DNA of 62,281 nt, counting the filler, from Collodictyon triciliatum (Eukaryota): NCBI GenBank assembly GCA_043381765.1. It is 9 parts of 9 records of this genome, joined end to end, with 100 filler letters (N's around TTAATTAATTAA, not from the genome) between each part and the next. Parts side by side here need not be neighbours in the genome. Positions count along the whole stretch, not along the records: positions 22,293 to 29,614 come from JBHJMP010003952.1; positions 29,715 to 37,035 come from JBHJMP010003953.1; positions 37,136 to 44,582 come from JBHJMP010003954.1; 6 more parts are not named here. One strand, given 5' to 3'. The stretch's first letter is position 1. Each line of letters opens with the position of its first letter. Of this stretch, positions 25,827-41,500 are shown piece by piece. Below the pieces are notes generated by a model. It was given only the letters and a program-made list of their open reading frames with translations. It was not told the DNA's origin and did no database searches. The position numbers were made by a program, and so were the translations under genes.

Positions 25827-26359
25827 TTGCAAAAGAAACAAAATTCGTCCAATACCGCCATGATTGTGTCCAATGTGACAACCACAATCTATAAATTCCT
25901 AACCCCACAACTTGACCCCACCTTCTATTCGACGCATATTATGCTACTAATCCTTGATAGTATCAACCACGAAGTTGATTACAAACTTGCGTCTCGGATT
26001 TCGATTACGCCCAATCCTAACCCAAGTCAATTGTGTTACCACGAGGATTACCTTTCTCATGTCTTGCTTTCCTGAATTTATACTCGTCGTGGGATTAAGT
26101 CTACCCCTTAGAGAGATGTAAATCAGTGACGAAATACAGAATTATATAAGAATTTGCATATTAACCACGTATTTTCATTACAAACATTTTACTTCCAGAA
26201 TCAATATCGTTTCATTCACTGAGGATTGAGCTACTTTATTCTCTTATCTTCTAATATCACAAAAATCAATTTTAATCTTGCAAAAAAAAAAAAAAAAAGG
26301 TAGCCTTTGTGTTATGAAAATTGGTCTGTTTATAAAAAAGAAATGTCAATGTTACATGT

Positions 26360-27089
26360 ATAAAGAATCTCAGCGAACAAAATAAGAGGCAGATGGTGCG
26401 TGACTCCCCACTCTTCACTGCCAGAGTCAGACGAGAATGAACCGCTGCTACCTGAAGAGATTGGCAAAACCAACATCCAAAACTTCTACGCCGATGTGTG
26501 GAAGAAACGAGACTTTGACCGTGCAACCCTCGAGCGGGTAACAAACAACTGCTCTGTGGCGAACAAAAGGGAGGCAGAATCTATGGTCAAAGACATGGAT
26601 GACAGTGAATTGTGGAGCGCAATCAAGTCCATGCCGAAGCGCAAAGCACCAGGCCCTGACCGCCTACCTAGTGAAGCGTATGCCAACTTCTTCCAAGTCA
26701 TCAAGGCATCCCACCTGGGACTCCTAAACAGCCTGATTGCAGATGCAGACAACATCCCGGATGGCTTTACAAAAGCAATGGTGCGCCTAATCCCAAAGAA
26801 AGAGGATGCAACTGACCTCAGAGACTGGCGCCCGATATCTCTGCTCAACAACGACTACAAGATATTTGCCACAATCCTAAGAAACCGAATCTCTGATATC
26901 GCTGACAGGCTCATATCAAAGGAGCAAATAGGATTCATGCGTGGCAGGAACATCGACACAAACATATGGCTCGTGAACAAGGAATACATGGAATATCAAG
27001 TCTCCAAAGACCCACGCATCATGATATTCTACGACCTTGAAAAAGCATATGACTATGTGAACCATGAAGCCATAGAAATCATGGAATAG
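26360..27089 (+). mobile_element. L1/Tx1-clade reverse transcriptase fragment
   Basis: KAPGPDRL, LIPKK..LRDWRPISLLNNDYKI, EQIGFMRGRNI, DLEKAYDYVNH. Breaks off before the catalytic YADD. Confidence 0.92.
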
Positions 27090-28160
27090 AAGAAGTTCTG
27101 CTTATAAATACTAAGGCATTAATACTCGTTAATTAACCTATCGCTAAGATAACACTGTGTCAACCATCAGTTTTTTTTTTTTAAAAAAAAAATAATAGGA
27201 GTTAAAAAACCACCAGACCGCTTTCTCTTCCATCCCCGCCTTTCCATCCAAATATTCAGTTCTAGACTGTACAAGACACACAACACAGGCTCAATGCTCT
27301 CACAAAACCTCTTTCTCGTGGGCCACTTCGATTCAGACAACCCTAAGAGATTGACTTTTTAAACAGATGACGGAAAGAACCTTCGAAAGAACCATGAATC
27401 ATACAGCAATTCTGTCTCACACCAATCCAGGTCACAAAGGCACAAGATATTCTTTCGTAAGCAAGTCACCCTGTCCTCCCTTTAATATGCGTACAGGACA
27501 CAGCACAATTCTTGAGAACGTAGACATAAGCGCATATCACTATAATATCCACATTTGTATATATCTAATATTAGCAGACTCATAGCAATCGATGGCGATA
27601 TTTAACCCTCGGCGCTAACAGGCGTCTTCTGTGTACGTTTGGCATAATAACTTAACACCAGGAAACAAAAGTTGCGGAATCTTCTATTGCACCCAGCTAC
27701 CAACGCCTGGAGCGACCAGAAGACTTGCTGAACAGCGAACGGCAGCAGAACTTTCTTGGCAAAGCTCCGAGAAAAAGGCTCAATAAGAAGAAAGGTTGCG
27801 GACACACACTCGCCTCAGAACAAAACAAAAGGACGAACAACACAACCGCATTTATTATGTGTGGTGATTTGTGGCAGACTTTCCTGTAATTTTAGCATCA
27901 GAGATTAAATTCATGGTAAATGTCATGTATTTGGCTTAAACAAGAGGTGGCTTGATTCACCCACAACGCTCTTTTCTTCTTATCCCATCCAGCGCTTTTC
28001 TGTGTGTTTGGATAAATTGCTCCCACGTGACCTTGTTTCGAACACTTCTATATCATAATTTTTCATTCTGCGACAATTATACCTGACAAACAACTTGACT
28101 GACTCACACACCCACAGTCTCCAACTCACTCAGGTTGCTCTCGCCTCATCCCTTCTTGCC

Positions 28161-28881
28161 ATGTCCACCCCACATGCGCGTATGGGAGAGCTGAAGAGAC
28201 TCGAGCCTGACTATTATCCAAACGGCAGGCTTGACAAAATCCAGAACTGTACAACTTTGAATCTTCGGCGCCGAGGTTTGTCGCACCTACCGAGTGCTGT
28301 CTTCGAGTTGACAAGGCTTGCTCAATTGCTACTGAACAACAACCAGTTGCCATCTCTGCCATCGGCAATATCGCGGCTGAGAGGTCTGACATGGCTGGAT
28401 GTTTCTGCAAATCTATTGACAGTCGTTCCTCAAGAGATATCGCACCTAGAGAACCTTGAGTGGGTCGATGTTTCTGACAACCATCTGTGCTCGCTGCCGC
28501 CACAAATATCGCGGTTGACGAGTCTCACAGCCCTGTATGCTAGTGGAAACAGGCTCTCATCACTCCCAGTTGGATTGTCGTACGCATGGAATCTTGCTGC
28601 GCTTCGTGTTTATAACAATCAGGTATTTTTATTGGAGTTTTATTTTTCTCAAAGTGTGTCTTGAATAACGTAAAAACGAACAGATAGAAGAGCTCCCGCT
28701 TCACATCACAGTACTTACAAACCTGAGGCAGTTGTGGATTGAGCATCAAGGAAATCTCACCATAAAACGCGCCCCTCGAGATATCACAAATCTTCCATGC
28801 TGGACTAACGCGGAGAGGCCTTGGTTAGGGATGACTATGAGCTTTTCTGACTCCTTGAGCCAGTTAGAGCTTTACGACTAG
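28161..28881 (+). CDS. Small leucine-rich repeat protein, two exons
   Basis: Exon 28161-28622 (LRRs ending VYNNQ|GT), then exon 28684-28881 (IEELPLHITVLTNLRQL..TAG). Confidence 0.85.
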
Positions 28882-29528
28882 TGGTAAACTAACTTTCAAG
28901 AAATAAAATGGGTCACCGAAGTCATATCCAATCATATCTCCAATAAATAATGATTCTAATAATCGCACCAATGCACCAGCTGTTTTATTGATTTCTTTTT
29001 ATTTTTTATACAAAGAAATGCCAAAATTCACGCCTGAGACCCTCAATTAAATTAACATAAGTAGATATTATGTTTGGTTGTTTAAATTGCAACAATCTAA
29101 CTATATGATTAGCACCAGCCTATTGTCCTGCCCCATCGTGCTAAACAAATTCTAGCACCCGCCAGCGACCCGTCGATGAGCGTGATTAATTCCTAACTCT
29201 CAATAAATCAGATGTTGGCACTTATTACAAAAGAGTCTTAGATCCATTTTAGTTTCAAAAGGCGGCAAGCATGAAAGAGCTGTTGTTGTATTTCTGGCTT
29301 TCAGGTTGCCCTCTTGCAATATTGCATCTCGTTCGCGCGAGTAGCATCAAACGATACAGTTGCGGTCTGTGGTAGGTAGCGAACATGTTGGGTAACATGC
29401 AAACCATTTTCGGGTCATTCCCGCGCTGACACATTCATTAATACAATTACAATTTGGGTTATCAAAATCAAAAGTTCGCATCTGAGCGAGGAATGTCCAA
29501 AGCATTTAAAAAATGATAAAAAAAAAAA

Positions 29529-29614
<86 letters not shown>

Positions 29615-29714
29615 NNNNNNNNNNNNNNNNNNNNNNNNNNNNNNNNNNNNNNNNNNNNTTAATTAATTAANNNNNNNNNNNNNNNNNNNNNNNNNNNNNN
29701 NNNNNNNNNNNNNN
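29615..29714. other. Artificial contig spacer
   Basis: N44-TTAATTAATTAA-N44. Confidence 0.98.
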
Positions 29715-29973
29715 TTCTTTTTTTGTTCTTTTTTTGTTCTTTTTTTGTTCTTTTTTTGTTCTTTTTTTGTTCTTTTTTTGTTCTTTTTTTTCCTTTTTTT
29801 TAACTGGCTTCTTGTGCGTACCACACACAGCCCCACGGTTTATTACTAGCCATTCGCCTGCATGATTCACAATCTGTCGTGTGTTTCATTTACCTCCTGC
29901 TTTTTCTATTCACTTTTTTTTCTCTTTTTTTTTATCTTAAGATACAAGAGGACGTGTGTTTTTCTCGATTCCA

Positions 29974-32714
29974 ATGGCGGAGCATCCTACCCACCTTGTG
30001 GTGGTCCTTCATGGTTTGATGGGATTCCCTGGTAATGTCGAGTACCTTGCACAGCAACTGCGAGCTGCCTTGGGGGAAAAAGGCGTGGTCGTACGGTTCC
30101 CCATACCCATTCTCTTTGTCATCTCCCTCTGAAGCGCATATACCCTCTCTGTGTTCTTATTTATTTATTATTCATTTTTTGCTTTTATTTTTAATTCTGC
30201 ATACATTCGCTTCATCTAATCCCCTGCAATATGCGCAGCTTGTTCCAGACTGTAATTCCTACTTCCAATCGCTTGACGGCATCGATGCGGGCGGCCAACG
30301 CGCATATTATGAGGTCTTAGAGGGAAAAAAATATAAAGTCACTTCTTTTTTTTGACCGCTTTACTAGTTTTAGAGTTGGGACTCATGATATACACTCTTT
30401 AATTCAAAATTAAAAGAGTTGAATGAATAAATCTTCGTGTATATCTATATTTTCTAATTAAATGAAAATTAAAAAGACGGCTGATCAATTCACTAATGAT
30501 GCAGATTCGCCGCGCTTTATCCGATAATCCAACTATCACTGAATTTTCAATTATAGGTAATCATGATAATAAAACGAAGCTGCCTGTCGATTGCCTTATT
30601 ACGCTTTTTTTTTTTATTTTTACTCTTTCCTTCAATTTTGCAAGATGGAACGTTTTGACCATGGTTCGATAGCCTTTATTAACATCATCTATGGTTATGG
30701 TTGTGAGAGCTATTGGCTATCAAATCTGAAAATCATTTCGACTACTTAAATACTCATTTGATAAATATCTCATCATTAATATTTATTTGTATCTTTTCAT
30801 ACAGGTTATAGTCTTGGAGGTCTCTACTCTCGATATGTAATAGGCATCATGCTTGAACAAGGCGTCTTTGAAAAGATTACGCCAATGGTTACTTTATTTT
30901 CCTATTTTCCTTCATAGTTGCCCTTTTTCATTTATAACACTAAACAAATATCCAAAGATTAATCTTGATCTTAAAAAAATACAGCTTCGTCCCAATATAT
31001 GATTTCCTTTCCTGTCATATGTAGCATGAGAATCTTAAACTCTCATTTCCATTGGTTTACCTTTGTTTGATAAGATACACATATACCTCAGAACTTTGCA
31101 ACTTTTGCCACTCCTCACCTGGGTTCTAGAAGCTCCCCTGACACATACTTTGAAGGCTTTTGGAACTGGGTTGTTCGTAAAACAACTTCCATCACTGGTA
31201 ACTGTTGACATTGTTTTTTCGTCTTTTTTATGGAAAGAGCTTTATCGGCAGACGATAAATCTATTTTAAACAAAATGGTGAATACACTCAAAAAAAAAAA
31301 AAAAAAGGAACGCAGCTACTGATGGAAGATCGCACCATTGGAAATTATCCACTGCTCTTTGGGATGTCTCTCAAAGGTTTATCATTCTCCCTTTCATAGC
31401 ACTTACAACAACAAACTCTGAATCACATCTCTACGAAAATAGGTTCGTCTTTTTACCAAGCTTTGGTCTCTTTCCAAAACATATCCCTCTACGCAAACGT
31501 TCAAGCGGACAGGACCGTTCCATACGAAACATCTGCGATAGCATTTACAAACCCATTTAGTTCGAGGTTTGGTATAGCTCAAACGAGACCCAGCGATTCT
31601 TTTTTTTTCTTATTACTTGAATTTCTTTCATTTACTTTCCAATCATTTCGCTTTTTACTTTTCATTTCACACCAAGACAGACCCCCTTTTTTTTTTCGTG
31701 TCATCTTCAATACAGGTACTCGACTTTGGTTAATCCCCCAAACCCCCAGAAATATCCCCATGTCATATCGGTTCAATTTGGTGCCAAGAAGGGAGCATCT
31801 GACACTCAATCATCTGCCTTGAAGACAATATCTGTAACCAGCAGAACTGCACACATTGCGTTCACCCCCAGTGTAATTTCTAACAACCTATTTGCGCTAT
31901 ATATAATTTTCTCCGCAGCAAAACACCATATGTGCCGCTTTTAAGTATTTGCTGACGAGTGGCTATTTCACCAACTAGCACGAAGACAGTGCATCCTCAA
32001 GAACCCAAGGTCCATACCAAGCCCAGGCTTCGGAATACACTCCCCAGGATGATTTCCGGGTAATATATACACATTTGATTCATGGACAATTCCATCTGCA
32101 CTTTTACTCTTCAACTTGCAATCCTCCACGTTTGCTGGTCGAACAGGATGGTAGAAAAAAAGACCTACCATTCTGCACTTTATTTTCTTTGATATCAACG
32201 ATACCAATGTTTCGTTTCCTTTGTATACATACTTCCTTCCAACTTGAGCAAGATGAGTTTTGGCCTTGACAGTTTTCGCTTCTTAAAAGTGTGCAAATTA
32301 ATGCCCTCCCCGAACCAAATATATAGGGAATGACAACCATTATGGTGAACAATTTGAACGAACTGTGTTGGAAGAAGGTCTAGCTTACTACGGATTATTA
32401 TTTTATTTATTTATTTTTGACATCGAAATGATATCTATGATGTGCTTGTGAAACACGATTAGGGGATTTATTTCCCGCCGCTATAAGCGTACATTTCTCG
32501 AGCTTTCGGGCCCAATTATCTTATTCTCTTATTTATAACTGTATCTTTTACGGTAATGTCTTTGATTCAAAAGGTTAATTGCCGTTTGCCCTTACCCCAC
32601 TCACACGGTCATATCGTCGTTCGTCGCCCATGGGCCAACTTTTCAGGAAGAGATGTGGTAGCCTACTTCATCGACCATTTTGAAAAGAGCCCGGACATAG
32701 TCCTTTCGATGTAA
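29974..32714 (+). CDS. DUF676 / putative serine esterase (alpha/beta hydrolase), multi-exon
   Basis: HLVVVLHGLMG; SLDGIDAGGQR; nucleophile elbow GYSLGGLYSRY; FATFATPHLG; LYANVQADRTVPYETSAI; HSHGHIVVRR..G.DVV; TAA at 32712-32714. Confidence 0.9.
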
Positions 32715-33149
32715 TTACACTACATCGGACTGATTTCTATGACACAATCAAAATCCAACAACAGCATCGACGAAGACATAAACATATTTCGATCCTCTCC
32801 GAGGCATCTCGCAAGAAAACGGTATGCGAAAGGGATGAAGAGGGCAAGAAAAAAACAAAAGATATCATAAATGTGGAATTTATAATATATATACAAAATA
32901 AAACCTAAAAATAGCTACAAACAATAAATAATATCAATATTCAATCAATATATAGATAATATATGTAGATGATGAAGGACATACCTTATGCGCCACCCTT
33001 GCACCTATTCCTTGTGCCAACCAGTTTCTATTATCCTTTCAAAGAAACAGAAAATTTGTATGGACGAAGAATATCTGTTTTTGTCTAATTCAATGATACC
33101 TTAAACAAAATAGTCTATATTTGTATTATACCATTGAATTATTTCAAAA

Positions 33150-33560
33150 AAGCTGCAGTGGTGCGGAAAATTCTTTCCCTCTAGGCACAGTTCGGCTAAT
33201 GGCACGAGCGCTTGTCTGTGGAGGAATTTTGAGCGGAAAAGTGGTGGGGTGGTATCGATGCCACCGGGAGTTGGGTGCAGGGACAAGAATTATAAGGGAC
33301 AGGCGATGTAACTGCCCCGATGTTTGTAGTTTGCCCTGTTGATCGACGTGAGATTCTGTTGTACTATCAAGCACAGTGAATGTCTTGAATTTCGGGCGGT
33401 CGGACCAGCGTTGAATTGTTACACGTAGCACATGGCTTGATCCACCATTTCTGTCCTCACCCAAATATTTGAGTCTGTACATAACAGGCCCATATCAATA
33501 TTCTTCCTCTAGTCCTTCCTCTTATGCTCTAAACTTTAACCGCTTAAGTTTCCTCTCTAC
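33150..33560 (-). mobile_element. Possible highly decayed LINE RT C-terminal relic
   Basis: LKYLG motif followed, in another frame, by SYIA..L.LHPTPGGI, which resembles the thumb-region P..GGLG. Interrupted by stops. Confidence 0.35.
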
Positions 33561-34046
33561 AACTCTTTCCCTGGGCATTCAGGTTTAAAACATGCTGAGC
33601 TGGCTCACGGTGAGATCGGAGCGGTCTTTTGTTTTTGCTGATTCTCTTTCCTCGGTATATATAACACCTTCCAGCCAGCTTCTTACAGCGACCACCACAT
33701 AATATAGCAAAAAGAATGAAAAATCAACTTAAAATACAAAAGACTGTCGGAATCTAATAGAAGGTCTACTGAAACGTCTTGAAGTGAAGAAATAACACTG
33801 ATAATATGAGGAGGAAAGATCTGTGTTTTCTTGCCAGCTCACCAACACACAATATTCCATAGAAAAAAACATAGCACGGAAACCTTTTGAGTATCCTCTA
33901 TTTCTATATCGATCTTGCGACTTCTGTCCTTCTGCATCGCCTTTGCGCCCCCTTGGTCCGATCTTGACAAAAAAAAAGCATGTCTATTTTTCTGTTCTAA
34001 TAAAAGCTGTAAACCAGCACTCCTACTTCCCTTATACAGAAGCAGC

Positions 34047-35373
<1,327 letters not shown>

Positions 35374-35688
35374 ATCTTCCTTGTGTGAACTACATTCCCA
35401 ATCACTGATGCCTCCGTCATAAATCAACTACATATTTTAAGGTTTGATTGGATTTCCCTCCCATGTCGATTTCCCAATCCTCCTGCTCAATTCCCTTACC
35501 TCTTGTGTCTGCTTGGGAAAGTTGCTTAAGAGGAGCTCTGAAATACTTACAGAATGAGATATTGTCTGAGTGGCTTGTGCTAATGACCGAACTCACTATC
35601 TAGGAGATGTAGAGCATGCCAAGACAACCGCACAACGACCACACGTCTTCCCTTCGTCTCCTCTTTAAAAGAATGCTCAATCACCACA

Positions 35689-36429
35689 TCAAGTATTTCC
35701 TCGAACCCTGTCCGCGATACACGGCCATATTTTTTTTCTCATCTCTTTCCCCCTTATAAACACAAGCAAGAAAAGAGCCATGCGGGTAGTGTCTTGGATC
35801 TGTTCTCGAAAAGACCCGCGACTGTTGCAATCATCCCTCATGTTAACCATTTCTCGTGTTGAGCGGTAGAAGTGGCTCTGTCCGAGCAGATCGCGGGTGA
35901 TGAAGGCCAAAGAGAGTCTCGCTGGATCATCTCTGGCCGCCGCATTTGCCTGCCAAGCAGCGCTCTCGTATGCGCGGAGGCTGCCTCGAACTGTCTTATT
36001 TCGGAACGAAGCTTCCAAATCTGGACTGAGGCGAATTGATGGCGGCGCTATTGCACAAGCGATTACAAATTTGGGGAAACTGAGATAATGCCTTCCCGCA
36101 AGGGCAATATTTCTATCTGTGGAATAAAAAACTCCAGATAACACTCTCCATTTCAAGATAGCGCTCAAGTGTTCTGTGAGAAATCTCGACAAACTAAAAA
36201 CAAAAAATGGGCGCGAGGGAATTACCAATAAAATGGCTCCGAGTTTGAACATATTTAAGCAAACGCAACCATCCGTTCTCAACACGTAAAACCCCACCAA
36301 GCACTCAGGAAATGATTTCGTAGCGCTCCTTTGATCCCGCGGCTGGTAATTGTATTTTTCCGCATACGAAAACCCAGCTTGTTGCGCTGCGGCCTGGCTA
36401 TAACCAAGGGATGCAATCGGAGCTATATG
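35689..36429 (-). CDS. Orphan open frame (~245 codons), convergent with Rab11
   Basis: Long stop-free frame of coding-like composition. No recognised motif and no early ATG. Confidence 0.3.
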   Translation of the reverse strand, partial: HIAPIASLGYSQAAAQQAGFSYAEKYNYQPRDQRSATKSFPECLVGFYVLRTDGCVCLNMFKLGAILLVIPSRPFFVFSLSRFLTEHLSAILKWRVLSGVFYSTDRNIALAGRHYLSFPKFVIACAIAPPSIRLSPDLEASFRNKTVRGSLRAYESAAWQANAAARDDPARLSLAFITRDLLGQSHFYRSTREMVNMRDDCNSRGSFREQIQDTTRMALFLLVFIRGKEMRKKIWPCIADRVRGNT

Positions 36430-36569
36430 TCACTCAATCCCTATTCCTATTATCTTTTTTTTTTTTAATCATTTAATTATTCATTATCGATTTCCTTGTA
36501 TTCTGGTTGTATGTACTTTCGTGTTGGGCGCATATCCCACGCAGACAAACACACCGCAATCACGCCTGA

Positions 36570-37035
36570 ATGACTCTATATTTGAACATTCTTCAGAAAC
36601 CAGAAAAAGAGATGGAGCCGCCAAAGAGCCCAAGCAAGCAAGGCGTTTATGGTGGAGCGTTTAACAGGATTATCTCTCCAAACATCCCAGCGCCACAGCC
36701 TGTTGGCCAAAGCAGCTCTGCTTTGTTGACGCAACAGCCCCATGGTCACCCCATCGAAGCTGTTCTCAACATGCCTGAAGGCGCAGAAGAAGATCATGGC
36801 GAGAATCTGCAAGCAAACCCTTTCAACCAAAGAGGACGCGGACGCGGCCGTGGTTTCTTTCAAGAACAAGGAAGAGGACGTGGACGCGGGCGTGGAATCG
36901 ATCAAGAGTTTGGTCGTGATAATGACGCCGAATCTGACAGTACACGCGGGCGTGAAAGAGGGAGAGGACGTGGACGCGGGCGTGGAATCGATCAGGAGTT
37001 TGGCCATGATAATGACGCCGAATCTGACAGTACAC
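36570..37035 (+). CDS. N-terminus of a low-complexity RG-rich protein with a ~90-bp internal repeat, truncated
   Basis: GRGRGRGRGIDQEFG(R/H)DNDAESDST occurs twice at near DNA identity. Confidence 0.55.
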
Positions 37036-37135
37036 NNNNNNNNNNNNNNNNNNNNNNNNNNNNNNNNNNNNNNNNNNNNTTAATTAATTAANNNNNNNNN
37101 NNNNNNNNNNNNNNNNNNNNNNNNNNNNNNNNNNN
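37036..37135. other. Artificial contig spacer
   Basis: N44-TTAATTAATTAA-N44. Confidence 0.98.
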
Positions 37136-37410
37136 CCCCAAAAAAAAAAAAAAAAAAAGAGTTAATAGCTACTGATATCAAAGTGTGTATAATTGCCAAA
37201 GGTATGGGTATAAGATTTATTTCATTCATATTTTTATACATGGTCAACATGATGACTCCTTTTCTTTTCCACCTCATCCACTTCTTTGTTGAGAGACTTA
37301 AAATTGTCCCTAATTAAATTATAATGCGAACCTTTACTAGCACGTTCAATTAATATCCTATTAATAGACAAACTCATATCAAATACACGAGGTTTCCTCT
37401 CTCTCTCCCT

Positions 37411-37501
<91 letters not shown>

Positions 37502-37524
37502 ATTGATTGAAATGAACCCTTTAG

Positions 37525-38354
37525 ATGGCAATTCAGCATTCATCGACCCAGAAAATCATCATTTCCCTGTTTTTTGTGGTTATACTTGCCACCATAGTGA
37601 AGATATTTATCTTTTCCCAAACGGAGCACATAACAGCTGCCCAGCCCACGATCCGTCCAGCCCTGAATTTGAAAACCCCAGCACCCAAAAAAGCCTCTTT
37701 GAATGAAGGATCTGAAGAAAACCACCATATTGCTGCGGATGCTCAGAAGCGCGGAGGCTCCACAACAAAGCAGACAAAAAAGAAAGCCAAGCTTTTTTCA
37801 AAGAAACCTGGAGTCCTTGCCAAACCCTCTGCAAAGCTGCATAGCGTCGTTCCCAAGGAAAATGGCCACCACAAGCAGCCAGAAAGACCATTAAAAAACG
37901 AAAACAGGAAAAAGGAAAGGGACAGAAAGACAGAAGCTGGGTCGACCGGGAAGCCATTGCATCTGATCACAGAGTCAAAGTATCATGTTGGCTCTCTCAT
38001 CCCTATCGATCCCACAAAAGTGGCCGATAAGAAAAATCTTTCAAAGAAATTCAATGAGCGTTTGGCTCTTTATAAATCTCCGACAACATGTGTGTTCTCT
38101 TGTCAAGGTAGAAAATCAGTTGAGTTTCAACTTCCTACTGGATTCCCATGCAAGGAGCCATTGATTTGTGATTTCAGTCAGTATGCTGTTTTGCTGTTGG
38201 AGTATGAGAAACTAATTTACATGAATCTTACGCAAAACGGAACATGCTTGAGCAATACACGTGCATCATGTAAGTTTCCATACAGCCATGACTGCTTTGG
38301 AAGTAGCTGGAATGAATGGGATGTCAGTCTTAAATATAAGGAAACCCCAAAATC
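37525..38354 (+). CDS. Type II membrane protein, exon 1 (paralogue of 14860-15822)
   Basis: N-terminal TM IIISLFFVVILATIVKIFIF, Lys-rich stem, shared Cys domain, GTAAGT donor at 38355. The continuation is lost in the gap 38417-38573. Confidence 0.75.
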
Positions 38355-38593
38355 GTAAGTAAAATTGCCACATTCCAAGAGACATGTATTGTCATGCTAG
38401 TATTAGCATGACAATANNNNNNNNNNNNNNNNNNNNNNNNNNNNNNNNNNNNNNNNNNNNNNNNNNNNNNNNNNNNNNNNNNNNNNNNNNNNNNNNNNNN
38501 NNNNNNNNNNNNNNNNNNNNNNNNNNNNNNNNNNNNNNNNNNNNNNNNNNNNNNNNNNNNNNNNNNNNNNNNNTTTTTTTTAAATATTTCTAG

Positions 38594-41500
38594 CGTCCAA
38601 GTTAGATGCACGCTTGTCAATATTCTACGAAAAATCGACCTTCCACAAGATTTGTCATGCATTTCACGTCGTCGTCGGGTTTCAATACATCGGCTATATT
38701 TTGTCAGACGTAATATCAAGCATATTGCGTGAGACGCTGCGCATCGATGTGAGTTTGGTCGGTGACCCATGATGGATTGGGTCCACATTTAATGATAGGA
38801 CTGAAGAAAATAAAGTCAAATATTGTATGCATCACTTAACTTAACGCACTTTTTGATGCTAGATTGTAAGAAATCGCCCGGCAGACGAGCAAGAAGAAAT
38901 AGGAATGAAAGTTATATTTTCGGTGAAAATGATAATTGATGTTATTATTACAAAGTTCCCTGACCTTCCCATGTAAGTTCTCCCCCTTATAACATTCAGC
39001 TATTTTTCTTGCAATTTTTTCTAAAAATTATGTGACCTTCTTAAACTGAATAACCATCGATCATTTTGCGCATGAAGAATATACCGTGGTGCTATCAAGG
39101 TGTTGGATGAAGTCTTTGCCAAGTATTTTAATGAATATCGATTGGTAAGAACTAACGTGTTACAATGCCTTGTCCTCAGTAGTAGAAAAACTCAGTAATT
39201 TACATTTTTGTTAAGGATGCCAGTATGTACTTTCTTCTGGCCTCCTTTACTATGCAACCCATCATCAAGCCTCAGACATACGGCCTTTATCCATGTAATT
39301 CTTCTCGAATCTTATGGTTGTGTCATAAGGTCATCATTCATTATCCACCATAAAAAACAAAACAATAGAAATAAAAATAACTTTCACTTTCCGCAGTTCC
39401 TCCTACAAACTCGAATATGGACATACTCGCGACTGTATGCAAAATCGTACAGAACGTTTCCCTTCGTAATAATCCACTTCCTTGCCTACGCTAGGCTTCA
39501 GACTATATATATTACGTGCACATGTTTGTTTTCCAAAAAAAAAAAAAAGTAAAGAAAGAAAGAAGTCTGATATATTTACATCGTTTTAATCGAAGTACCA
39601 CCTTCACATTTCTTTATGGAAGGTCGCGAGTTCAGTTCTGGACCCTACGAAAAATACAACGGACTCATAATGTAACCCCGCGGCCTCATTATTTTTTGAA
39701 CCGTTCACTTTAACCCCTATTTCCTATTCGATTACTGCACAAGTCATCATAACAATTTTAAACTTACTTCATAACAGTGACTGCTACCGCATCTTTATGG
39801 ACTTCTGTGTCAAAGCACATGTTTAAATTATTTTCATTTAACTTATCCCTTTATCATGATACAGACGCGACATTGTAATTAAATTTCCTTCAATTAGAAT
39901 TATCCTATACCACCAGCCCGAGCAAAGGATGATACCAAATATGAGAAAATATTGAATGAATCCCGTCTCGTGACATTTTTGTCTATTCTTCAAGAGCACG
40001 TTGTTCGGCTGGTGAAGGTGGGATATCAACACACTACTATTATCACTTTTATCTCACAATTTTCCACAGTCCCCTTTTATAATTTGGAAAACTGCACCTA
40101 ATAAACGACTTATGAAGTATATAGGACAAACCGAATTTTATTACATTCTTTGTAGGTTTCACCACACACAATATTCTACATAAAAAAGCTGATTTCGTGC
40201 AAGCTCCTTGTCCTTCCAAGGTTGGTGAAACAGACAACCTGTTTGTATCTCACCATTCTTTCTATCCCAACCAAAAAGTCATGAAATCACTCTTTCTAAG
40301 CGTGATTGTCACTTGAACTCTAAAGGGAAACACTAACGGCACTCGAAGCTGCATCATCAAGCAAATCACCCGACCTTACGGACCACGCAGGTTGAATTAC
40401 CAATCGGGATTATTCACAGAAGAAATCTATGCTCATCGTTCTATGCAAACTTTTCTCTTTATATGCCCCTCTTTTTTTGTCCCTTCTTTTGGCGATAAGC
40501 ATTTCTATTACGTTTGCAGTTCTTCAGTCGTTAATCGTCCAAATGCGCCGGCCAGGATATGGTAATTTTGGAGATTAAGCGAAGCGGACGAAATTCGTTT
40601 CCTTTATTCTCCTATATTTTAACACAACCCTGCTTATGATATTCCATTTCATTTTATTTTTTGCGCAATCCTAACATCCATTTGGACAGGGATCATGCTG
40701 TCTGAGAGAGTTGTCAAGAGTTCATTGATTTTCAACAGCAAACAAGAAAAGTGCTTCTGTGGTAATAAAAACAATACCAATGCGTAGTTAATCAAAATGA
40801 ATACCTATTTTGTCCACAGAATAAGAGTCGTAGTTTTGGTGACCTTTCTGCTGATATTTGCGCTCATTTGAATCGTTTTTTTTTTTTTAAAAAATAGGAT
40901 CAGAAGCTGTGGATTGGCTGATAGTCAATACAAGAGAGTTTGATATGCTTCCAAAACGTGAAAGGAGACCAAAAGCTGTGGAGTTGGGGTAACTATACCT
41001 CAAATTGACGAATTCCGTTGAGCATTCTTTTGCTAACTCGTTCATTGAATCCTTGCGATTTTTTTAAATGGCGCACTAGCCACATACTTGAAACATGGTC
41101 AACAAACCTTACAAAAAATAAAATATAACAACATACAAAAATTGAAATACAAAGAATGAAATACAAAGAATGAAATACAAAGAATGAAATACAAAGAATG
41201 AAATACAAAGAATGAAATACAAAGAATGAAATACAAAGAATGACATACAAAGAATGACATACAAAGAATGACATACAAAGAATGACATACAAAGAATGAC
41301 ATACAAAGAATGACATACAAAGAATGAAATACAAAGAATGAAATACAAAGAATGAAATACAAAGAATGAAATACAAACACTAATATAAAAACAGGAACAG
41401 ACTTCTAAAATGTAGAGTTTTTATTGGCATAAGTTCATCGAATACATTCAAGGATTCGGATGCTCTATACAAATTCTCGGTGAATACATCAGGATTATTC

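Noticed and set aside
27280-27830. Possible LINE APE-endonuclease relic (LFLVGHFD, NPGHKGTRYSF)
   Set aside because: The motif resemblance is too weak and fragmented to call without a profile search.
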